The notes beneath the pieces were generated by a model. The model saw nothing but the letters and a program-made list of their open reading frames with translations. It did no database searches and was not told where the DNA came from. A DNA stretch of 62,082 nucleotides, filler included. It is 7 parts of 7 records of this genome, joined end to end, with 100 filler letters (N's around TTAATTAATTAA, not from the genome) between each part and the next. Parts side by side here need not be neighbours in the genome. Positions count along the whole stretch, not along the records: positions 50,864 to 56,130 come from SRR31147125_1991; positions 56,231 to 62,082 come from SRR31147125_2001; 5 more parts are not named here. One strand, 5' to 3'. Positions 54,326 through 62,082 of this stretch are shown piece after piece. The position numbers and the translations under genes are program-made. How positions within the stretch are numbered: position 1 is the stretch's first letter; the number at the start of each line of letters is the position of its first letter.

Positions 54326-54766
54326 ATGGGCCAATTGGAAAACGTCTCCGAGGACAACCGCCGCAAAGAAACACGTACCATGGTCGATGAAAATGTTTAC
54401 GTCGTAATCGATACGAAGCCCGAGATGATGGGGCAGATGGTCGAGATCAGCTCTACCGGCATGGCTTTTACTTTCGTGGATTTAGATGCGGTGTCGAATC
54501 GGCTCAGCGGTCTAAACGATCTGCGCATGGATCTGTTTGCCGCCGGCAAGGGATATTTCATCCGCGGACTCCCTGCCAGACTGGTTTCCACGATTGAAAC
54601 CGGTGGCCATGGATCCCTTGACAGTGCGCCCAATGGGGCACTCGCATCGATCATGATCAAACGGATCGGTGTAGAGTTCGGTTCGCTTTCAATTTCTCAA
54701 CAGGTCCAGATCAACTCCCTCATACGTCGTCAGAACGAAGCTGCAGCGTCGGCCATGCAATCCTAA
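54326..54766 (+). CDS. Stand-alone PilZ-like protein
   Basis: RRKETR (RxxxR), EISSTG (variant of D/NxSxxG), RIGVEF. Confidence 0.75.
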   Translation: MGQLENVSEDNRRKETRTMVDENVYVVIDTKPEMMGQMVEISSTGMAFTFVDLDAVSNRLSGLNDLRMDLFAAGKGYFIRGLPARLVSTIETGGHGSLDSAPNGALASIMIKRIGVEFGSLSISQQVQINSLIRRQNEAAASAMQS

Positions 54767-55081
54767 ACCATTCAGCAGCACTGCACGTCTTCTTAAAACC
54801 GCCAATAGATAGACCGATTCGATCTCCTCGCATAAACTTCGGGCAATATCTACCTTCGCAGTGAGCCGAGCCCACCTGTACCGACGAGCCGGGGCCCCGC
54901 AAAGCTTATTGGCTTACGGCAAGTTGCAAATATTGTTTGGTATTCACGAAAACCGCCTTCCATCTTTTGTTTGACAATAAGCCTGCCTCTATTCTATAAA
55001 TTAACGTTAATGCACATTATTTTAGGCGTATTATGTGCTCAGTATTTATAACCGTTAGCTGTGATTCTGATCCTTTCAAGT

Positions 55082-55109
55082 TAAAGATCCATTGAAGGGG
55101 AGCCGATAA
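55082..55109 (+). promoter_or_regulatory. Sigma28 (FliA) promoter
   Basis: TAAA-N16-GCCGATAA upstream of a chemoreceptor-like gene. Confidence 0.7.
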
Positions 55110-55330
55110 TCGTTGAGGTATTGATGAAACAATGTGCCAGATCCCCTATCTTGAATCCGTGTGGCAAGGGTTAAGGGATGCTGGGAGATAGCAGCATAAA
55201 AATGAGCAACAGCTTTAAGATGGGGTAGGGGGGCACTCCAATTTAATTGCCTATCACTTTTTTCACTTTAGAAGTTGGATGGTAATTGCCCGGGAATTAT
55301 TTCGGCAACTACGGACAGGAGGCAAGGAAA

Positions 55331-56130
55331 ATGTTGGATAAGATCAGATCATTGGGGTTGAGGCCCAAAATGGCAGCTCAGATTCTGCTTGTCGCTATTT
55401 TGGCGCTCTTTATATCCATTGCCTACATCGCTTGGAAAGCGCGCTCCAACGCGTTGGCGCAAGCCGAAGAGGCGGCGCGTGAGGTTTCCCGCCACTGGGC
55501 TACCGTTGTTCAAGCCGATATGCAGGTCGCAATGGATACGGCGCGAACGCTGGCCCAAGCGATGCAGGGTATGAAGAACCGTGGTGTGCCGGACCGGGGG
55601 GCGATCAACGCCATCCTGAAGAACATCCTGGAGGAGTATCCAAATTTCGTGGCCGTCTGGACCTGCTGGCAGCCCAACGCACTGGATAACAAAGATAAGA
55701 CGTTTGCAAATGCCATGGGCCACGATCAAACCGGCCGCTTTGCCCCCTATTGGAACCGCTTAACCGGCTTGCCGACCGTTCAACCCCTTCAGGAGTATGA
55801 CACGCCCGGCAGAGGTGATTATTACCTGACGCCCCTGACGACAGGTCGGGAAGTGATATTCGATCCCACTATTTTTGAGATCAACGGAGAAGAGCAGTAT
55901 AAGACCGTTATCGCCGTCCCGATTCGTTTTAAGGATGAGGTTGTCGGTGTTGTGGGAATCGACATCCCCCTGAAGTCCTTCGAGGCCATCATCAAGCGAG
56001 TACGATTTTACGATGTCGGCTACGGCTTCATGATCGCCAACAACGGCGTTTTTGCCGCCCATCCGACCCGTTGGAGCAACGTCGGTAGACATATGGACTA
56101 TTTCGAATTTGAGCAGGAGAGCGTTCAGGC
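55331..56130 (+). CDS. dCache_1 receptor, probably an MCP, 5' fragment
   Basis: TM, then QPNALD..D, GRFAPYW, DYY, FDP, VPI...VGVVGIDI, GYGFMIANNG...AHP. Confidence 0.8.
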
Positions 56131-56230
56131 NNNNNNNNNNNNNNNNNNNNNNNNNNNNNNNNNNNNNNNNNNNNTTAATTAATTAANNNNNNNNNNNNNN
56201 NNNNNNNNNNNNNNNNNNNNNNNNNNNNNN
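56131..56230. other. Artificial contig linker
   Basis: N44-TTAATTAATTAA-N44. Confidence 0.99.
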
Positions 56231-56236
56231 AAATAA

Positions 56237-56265
56237 GGGCTGTATTCGTTAAACGGATACAGCCC
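56237..56265. terminator. Rho-independent terminator
   Basis: GGGCTGTATTCG-TTAAA-CGGATACAGCCC flanked by A/T tracts, just past the stop of the M23-like gene. Confidence 0.75.
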
Positions 56266-56289
56266 AATTTTATTTTTATATTTATTATT

Positions 56290-56946
56290 TTATCTTTTTT
56301 TCAAATATTTTGTTGGATTTACTGCAACAACACCTTTTTTAGTTCTCTGTCTAAGTTCATATTTAAATGATTTTGAGGCAAGCCCTATTGAATCTTTAGA
56401 TGTTTTAATAAAGTCCCCTTTTTTATAATTCAAACTTTCCAAATTAGAGTATATAGATATAAAACCATTGTTATGATAAACGAAAATTGTATTTCCTAAA
56501 GATGCTTTATTTCCTGAAAAAATAACCATTCCAGGAGCAGAGGACTTTATTTCAGTTTTTTCTCCTATAGAAAACTCCAAACCTTTAAATGAAGACTCGC
56601 TATACTCTTTTTTTATTGAAATGTCTTGCACTGGATAGAGTAAGTTAGCATCACCAGGAGCAGAGGCGTATTTTAAACTATCATCACTTGCTTCGTCTTT
56701 AACTGGAGTTTTAACCGCTGTTGTTGTGGCCGGTGTTGATGATTTTGGTTTAAGTTTATCTAAAAGTTTAATTTTTACACTACTTGAACCTGCATTTTTA
56801 TCTTGTATATAATAATCAGTACCATCATCAAAGACAACCTTTAAATCTTTATAACCTCTATCAGTTCCTGAGTCAAACTGAGTGGTATCAACATTTGAAC
56901 ATGAAATCAAAACTAGTGAAATTAAAACTATATATAAATATTTCAT
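56290..56946 (-). CDS. Lipoprotein with degenerate M23/LytM domain
   Basis: Lipobox LISC; IKSSAPGMVIFSG, LGNTIFVYHNNGFISIYSNL, YELR..AVNPTKYL. Confidence 0.8.
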   Translation of the reverse strand: MKYLYIVLISLVLISCSNVDTTQFDSGTDRGYKDLKVVFDDGTDYYIQDKNAGSSSVKIKLLDKLKPKSSTPATTTAVKTPVKDEASDDSLKYASAPGDANLLYPVQDISIKKEYSESSFKGLEFSIGEKTEIKSSAPGMVIFSGNKASLGNTIFVYHNNGFISIYSNLESLNYKKGDFIKTSKDSIGLASKSFKYELRQRTKKGVVAVNPTKYLKKR

Positions 56947-57211
56947 AATTTACCCCTTTAGTAGTATAAAAATTAAAATGTTACATCATTAATTTTATTT
57001 ATCTCAATGAATATTGGAAAACTTTGCAATATCACTGCTAACAGTATAACATATTTTTTGTTTAGAATTCAATTGTCAGCAAGAAATTATTATTTAGATT
57101 ATTTTGCTAAATGTGACTTAACATAATTTGAAATAAAAGTTAACAAGAATTTGATAATTGGGGCTTTGATATGATATAATATGGTAAAAATGTTTGAAAA
57201 GGAATGAGGAT

Positions 57212-58294
57212 ATGTTGAACTTACTAATATCACCTGGCAGATATATCTCAGGTTATGAAATTATTGATGAACTTGGAGTTGAAGTTAAGAAAATAACTAA
57301 CAAAGTTGTTGTACTATTAGATAAAAATATAGAGGAGATAGTAAAGGCTGGAGTGGCGTCTATTGGTGACAATATTGAGATGCATAAAGTATATTTTAAC
57401 GGTGAGTGTTGTCATGAAGAGATGGATAGAATAGCGGAGATTATAAAAGAGCAAAATGCAGATGGAATTGTTGGTTTAGGTGGCGGTAAAGTTATGGATA
57501 CTGCTAAAGGTTCAGGTTTTAAAGCTGGAGTTAAAATAATTACTGTTCCAACTATTGCAGCTACTTGTGCTTCATGGGCAAGTCACTCTGCAGTTTATAC
57601 CCTAGATGGAGCGGCGTATGAATATTTAGATATTCATAAAAATGCAGATTTACTTTTTATGGACAAAAAAATAGTAAGTGAAGCACCAAAAAGATATCTA
57701 ATATCTGGTATGATTGATACATTGGCTAAATGGATAGAAACTAATGCCTATACAAAGTCTAAGTCAAACTATAATGTAGAATTGGAAGTAGCAAGACACT
57801 TAGCTAAAAAGTGTTTTGATGAAGTAATAGAGTTAGGGCAAAAAGCTATTGAAGATATAGAAGCAGGTAACTACAGTGACGATGTAGATAGAATGATTGA
57901 ACATGTAATATTGACAGCTGGTTTAGTTGGTGGTGTTGGTGGAGAAGCTTGTAGAGCTGTTGCTGCACATGCAATTAATAATGGCTTTACAGTACTTCCA
58001 AGGTATAAGAAGATGTTACATGGTGAAGTAGTAGGTTTTGGGAACATAGTCCAATTATTACTTGATTCAGAGTATGAATTAGCTGAAAAGGTTTTAGCAT
58101 TTTATAAAGAGTTAGGAGCACCTATTGGTCTTTCAGGTTTAGGACTTGAAGCGGATACAGAAGAGATGGTAAAAGTTATAAATAAATCAATGTATAGCGG
58201 AGATACAATGTGGAATCTTCCATATGAATTTGATTTTGATTTGATTGAGAAAAAAATATATGAAGCAGAAGAGCTTTGTAAAAAATATCTATAA
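57212..58294 (+). CDS. Glycerol dehydrogenase-family (GldA/YbdH-like) oxidoreductase
   Basis: PGRY, GGGKVMDTAK, PTIAATCA, IDTLAKW, AAHA, HGEVV. Confidence 0.88.
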   Translation: MLNLLISPGRYISGYEIIDELGVEVKKITNKVVVLLDKNIEEIVKAGVASIGDNIEMHKVYFNGECCHEEMDRIAEIIKEQNADGIVGLGGGKVMDTAKGSGFKAGVKIITVPTIAATCASWASHSAVYTLDGAAYEYLDIHKNADLLFMDKKIVSEAPKRYLISGMIDTLAKWIETNAYTKSKSNYNVELEVARHLAKKCFDEVIELGQKAIEDIEAGNYSDDVDRMIEHVILTAGLVGGVGGEACRAVAAHAINNGFTVLPRYKKMLHGEVVGFGNIVQLLLDSEYELAEKVLAFYKELGAPIGLSGLGLEADTEEMVKVINKSMYSGDTMWNLPYEFDFDLIEKKIYEAEELCKKYL

Positions 58295-58324
58295 ATATAT
58301 GTAGTTCAGAGAGTAGAGTGAGAA

Positions 58325-60493
58325 ATGAAAGAAAGTATAAACAAAATGGAAATTGTTGCACCAGCAGGAGATTTTGCAAAAATGAAGGCTGCGATAAAAG
58401 GTGGCTGTGATTCAGTTTATTTGGGATTAAAAGGTTTTGGTGCAAGGAGAAAAGCTGGTAATTTTCTGCTTTCTGAGTTGAAAGAAGCAATCGATTATGC
58501 ACATTTAAGGGGAGTTAAAGTTTATCTGACACTCAATACAATGATGAAAAATTCTGAATTAGAGCTTCTGTATCCAAAAATAAAAGAGATATATAAGCAT
58601 GGTGTTGATGCTTTTATTATTCAAGATTTTGGAGTTTTAAAATTTTTAAAGGAAAACTTTCCAGAAATAGAGTTACATGCAAGTACACAAATGACAATAG
58701 CTAATCATGTAGAGGCAGAGTATCTAAAATCTTTGGGTTTTTCAAGAGTAGTACCTGCACGTGAGTTATCATTTGAGGAGATAAAATCTATTAAAGAGAA
58801 ATGTGATATAGAACTTGAGGTATTTGTATCTGGAGCACTTTGCATTTCTTACTCTGGTAATTGTTACCTAAGTAGCTTTGTAGGTGGAAGAAGTGGAAAC
58901 AGAGGGCTTTGTGCTCAACCATGTAGAAAATTGTATGAAACTAATAATGGAAAGAGCAGTTTTGCACTTAGTCCAAAAGATCAGCTTTTAACAGAGGGAG
59001 AAATAGAGAAGCTAAGAGAAATTGGCGTTGAATCTATAAAAGTTGAGGGGAGAATGAAAAGCGAAGAGTATGTTTATGAAACAGTTAAACTCTATTCTCA
59101 ACTCTTAAAATATGAAGAGGTCAAAGATAAAAAAACTGAAAAGTTGTTCAATCGAGGTTATTCAAAAGGTTACTTTTATTCGGAGAATAACTTGATGAAT
59201 CCAAATTATTCATCAGATTTAGGTTATAGAATAGCAGAAAGAAAAATTGGAAATGAGTTCGAACTTATTGATAATATAATTTTAGGCGATGGAATCATCT
59301 TCTTAGATAAAGAATTCAATAAATTAAACGGAACTTATATTAATAGAATTCAGCTAAAAAATAGTAAAGATAGACCAAAGAATGCTTCAAAAGGTCAAAC
59401 TGTAATTTTTAAGGAAGTTCCAAAGGAAACAAAGTATATTAATAGAACTTTAGATAAAAAATTAAATGATGAAATAGCGCAAAAATTTAAGCAAGAATCC
59501 AAAAGATTAGAGATTAATGGATATATAAAGATAAAAACTGGTAAAGAGGTTGAGCTTTGTTTCGAGAAACAGGGTGTAAAAGCTCTTGTGGTTGGAGAAA
59601 TATGTGAAGAAGCAAAAAAAGCATTCTTGGAAGAAGAGAAGATATTTACTAAACTGTCAGAGCTTGGTGATACAACCTTAAAGTTAAACAAACTAAAGAT
59701 TGATTACGACGGAAAAGCTTTTCTTAGCTTTAAAACTTTGAAAGATTTAAAAAGAAGATGCGCGGAGAAGTTTGCGAATAACTTAATAGAATCCTATAGA
59801 AGAAAGACTAAGGAGTTTAGTCTATTTGAAGTAGATGAGAAAGACCATAGTGAACCCAAACTAGCTGTATTAGTAAGTAATAAAGAACAAGAGTTCGCAG
59901 CGCAAGAGTGTGGCATAGAAAAAATATATTATAGACAATATGATGTGTGTATAGAGAAAAATATATCTAAGATAGATTTAGAGAGTAGTTTAGCTGGAAA
60001 TTTATATCAGCTATTAGAGAATAAGAGAAAGGCTGTAACGCTTGATTGGAATAATAGTGTAGCAAATACATATGCCTTAGCCCAACTGTCTGAAATAGAT
60101 AATCTAGAGACAGTATACCTGTCACCTGAACTTTCAAAAGAGACAATAAAATCGATAAAGTCAGCTAAATTGCGAAAAGCAATGGTTGTTTATGGCTGTT
60201 TAAAAGCTATGTATATTGAATATTCAATTTTTGATAAATCTGGAGAGTTGAAAAACGAGAATTTAGATGAGTTTATTATAATAAAAAATGATTTAGGTAA
60301 TATTGAGATATATAATAAAGAGCCAATGAATTTGATACCGAAATATGAAGAGTTTAAAGAGTTAAATCTAGATGAGATAAGAATGGATTTTTTAACAGAA
60401 TCAGCTAAAGAAGTAAAAGAGATAATATCCTCTTTTAGAAATAGAAGTAAAATTGGATATACACCTTTTAACTATGAGAGAGGAGTTTATTAA
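58325..60493 (+). CDS. U32-family Fe-S protein with DUF3656-like C-terminus (RlhA-like rRNA hydroxylation protein)
   Basis: EIVAPAG, LHASTQ, ARELS, CISYSGNCYLSS..GGRSGNRGLCAQPCR, KVEGRMK; 722 aa. Confidence 0.85.
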   Translation: MKESINKMEIVAPAGDFAKMKAAIKGGCDSVYLGLKGFGARRKAGNFLLSELKEAIDYAHLRGVKVYLTLNTMMKNSELELLYPKIKEIYKHGVDAFIIQDFGVLKFLKENFPEIELHASTQMTIANHVEAEYLKSLGFSRVVPARELSFEEIKSIKEKCDIELEVFVSGALCISYSGNCYLSSFVGGRSGNRGLCAQPCRKLYETNNGKSSFALSPKDQLLTEGEIEKLREIGVESIKVEGRMKSEEYVYETVKLYSQLLKYEEVKDKKTEKLFNRGYSKGYFYSENNLMNPNYSSDLGYRIAERKIGNEFELIDNIILGDGIIFLDKEFNKLNGTYINRIQLKNSKDRPKNASKGQTVIFKEVPKETKYINRTLDKKLNDEIAQKFKQESKRLEINGYIKIKTGKEVELCFEKQGVKALVVGEICEEAKKAFLEEEKIFTKLSELGDTTLKLNKLKIDYDGKAFLSFKTLKDLKRRCAEKFANNLIESYRRKTKEFSLFEVDEKDHSEPKLAVLVSNKEQEFAAQECGIEKIYYRQYDVCIEKNISKIDLESSLAGNLYQLLENKRKAVTLDWNNSVANTYALAQLSEIDNLETVYLSPELSKETIKSIKSAKLRKAMVVYGCLKAMYIEYSIFDKSGELKNENLDEFIIIKNDLGNIEIYNKEPMNLIPKYEEFKELNLDEIRMDFLTESAKEVKEIISSFRNRSKIGYTPFNYERGVY

Positions 60494-60497
60494 TCAG

Positions 60498-61013
60498 ATG
60501 AATAAGAAAACAGTAGAATTTTTAGCAACATGGTTTTATACAGGAAATGCTAAAAAAGCTCCAGGAACAATTGGAACTTTGGGAGCGATACCTTTGTATA
60601 TTTTAGTTTATATGTTTAAGGCTTTTGGGATAATAAAGAATGAGATGTTATTTAACGGAATATATTTTTTCCTTTTGATAATATTGTTTTTCTTTGGTTG
60701 TCATATTTGTGATATTGCCGAGCGAACAATTTATAAGAAAAAAGACCCTCAGAATGTTGTGATTGACGAAGTTCTTGGATATATGACAACGATGTTTTTA
60801 GTTAACCCAAAAACATTTCCGCAATTTGTAATTAATATTATACTTGGCTTTATCCTATTTAGAATATTTGATATTTTAAAACCAGGACCAATTGATGAAA
60901 TTCAAAAATTAAGAGATGGTGTCGGTGTTATGGCTGATGATTTTTTAGCAGGTATTGTTGCAAACATAATCTTGTTGGGAGTTAATTTATTATGGATAGG
61001 GAATATGAGTTAA
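60498..61013 (+). CDS. pgpA: Phosphatidylglycerophosphatase A
   Basis: APGTIGTL, KDPQNVVIDEVLG, FRIFDILKPGPI, GVMADDFLAG. Confidence 0.93.
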   Translation: MNKKTVEFLATWFYTGNAKKAPGTIGTLGAIPLYILVYMFKAFGIIKNEMLFNGIYFFLLIILFFFGCHICDIAERTIYKKKDPQNVVIDEVLGYMTTMFLVNPKTFPQFVINIILGFILFRIFDILKPGPIDEIQKLRDGVGVMADDFLAGIVANIILLGVNLLWIGNMS

Positions 61014-62082
61014 ATAGCTTAAAACGTACATACGAAGACACAATATCGCTGTTTCTAGAGATACAGAATGATTTAAATATGGATTTAAATCGTGATGAAC
61101 TTGTTGAACTTTATTTAAGAGAACTTCGTAGAGTAGTGGATTATAGATCATCAGCTTTTATTAGCTACAACGAAGAGAAAGATCTATATGTCATAGCTAA
61201 AATGAAAGCCTATGATAGAGAGCAAAAAAAGAGTCTGTCTAAACTCATCAAGGATGGTTTGGTACTTTGGGCAGGTAAACTTGGAAGACCCTTTGTTTTG
61301 AATGAAGACAATGAGAATAGCGAGATATTAACTCATGTAATAGTACCAATAGTTATACAGGAAAAGATGTTAGGTGCGATCTTGCTAAATACGATGTTTA
61401 CAGAGGCCTACTTTACTAAAAATAAGATGAAGGTATTAGAGATAGTATCAAGTAGAATATCTGTAGCCTTTGAAAACCTATTACTCTATAAAGATTTGGG
61501 AAGAAGAAATCAAAAGTTACGTGCCCTAAAAAACTATATGGATAATGTTGTCCAAAACATGACAGATGGTGTATTTGTAATGGATGATGATGGTGTTATT
61601 CGTGTACTTAACAAAAAGATTGAAGAATTACTTAAGATAGAGTCTATTTATATAGTGGGGAGAACTATGAACGAAACTCCTTTAGAAGAGAGATTTGTTA
61701 GGGACTTAAAAAGGCTTATAGGAAATTCTGATGAGAGTTTTGTAGTAAGTAAAGAGATAAATTATCGAATATCCGATGAAGAGGAGCTTCCTTTTGAGGT
61801 AGCTGTAAAAACAATAGCAGATATTGGAAAGCTAATAGTCATGAGAGATTTAAGTGAAAGTAAAGAGCTTAAGGAACTAAGAAGGGTTGATAAACTAAAA
61901 GATGAGTTCCTATCAATGGTATCTCATGAACTTAGAACACCTTTAACTTCAATTAAAGCTTATGCCGAAACCATGATGGATATGGTTGCTGAAGAGAGTG
62001 TTGAAAGAGAATTTTTATCAATTATAAATGAAGAATCGGAACGTTTAAATACTTTAATTAATGATATTTTAGATTTATCAAA
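60992..62082 (+). CDS. GAF-PAS sensor histidine kinase, 3'-truncated; absent from ORF track
   Basis: GGGAG RBS and ATG 60992; frame contains IVPIVIQEKMLG (GAF), NMTDGVFVMD (PAS) and DEFLSMVSHELRTPLTSI (H-box). Confidence 0.88.
   Translation, partial: MDREYELNSLKRTYEDTISLFLEIQNDLNMDLNRDELVELYLRELRRVVDYRSSAFISYNEEKDLYVIAKMKAYDREQKKSLSKLIKDGLVLWAGKLGRPFVLNEDNENSEILTHVIVPIVIQEKMLGAILLNTMFTEAYFTKNKMKVLEIVSSRISVAFENLLLYKDLGRRNQKLRALKNYMDNVVQNMTDGVFVMDDDGVIRVLNKKIEELLKIESIYIVGRTMNETPLEERFVRDLKRLIGNSDESFVVSKEINYRISDEEELPFEVAVKTIADIGKLIVMRDLSESKELKELRRVDKLKDEFLSMVSHELRTPLTSIKAYAETMMDMVAEESVEREFLSIINEESERLNTLINDILDLS

Noticed and set aside
9850-56230. Six identical TTAATTAATTAA motifs in N-runs as a biological repeat
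   Set aside because: Fixed 44+12+44 layout with abrupt changes in composition and gene content; assembly spacers. No cross-contig gene linkage was inferred.
1125-59691. Numerous short antisense or alternate-frame ORFs in the track
   Set aside because: They overlap well-supported genes and show no motifs of their own; treated as shadow ORFs.

Overview
The window is not one locus. It is seven unrelated bacterial contigs joined by six artificial 100-nt linkers (N44-TTAATTAATTAA-N44): 1-9849, 9950-26367, 26468-33046, 33147-39658, 39759-50763, 50864-56130 and 56231-62082. No rRNA, tRNA, CRISPR array, transposase or phage gene was recognised. Best candidate for an undescribed system: a 13-gene DeoR-controlled catabolic cluster (10699-26185) with two class III aminotransferases, three amidohydrolase-type enzymes, a divergent NagB-like protein, FGGY kinase, class I aldolase, SSS symporter, two oxidoreductases and a UroD-like protein. 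I infer it degrades a multiply N-acylated amino sugar such as a bacterial nonulosonate. Second candidate: a VTC/DUF4956/Cthe_2159 operon plus a NAGPA-type gene, tied to a divergent two-component system by three identically spaced CiaR-type boxes. Also noted: a 108-bp MITE-like element, an MCP-hemerythrin with one substituted iron ligand, and two ORFs missing from the supplied track. Six genes are split at homopolymer runs, probably by sequencing error. All family calls come from reading motifs by eye; no database search was run.
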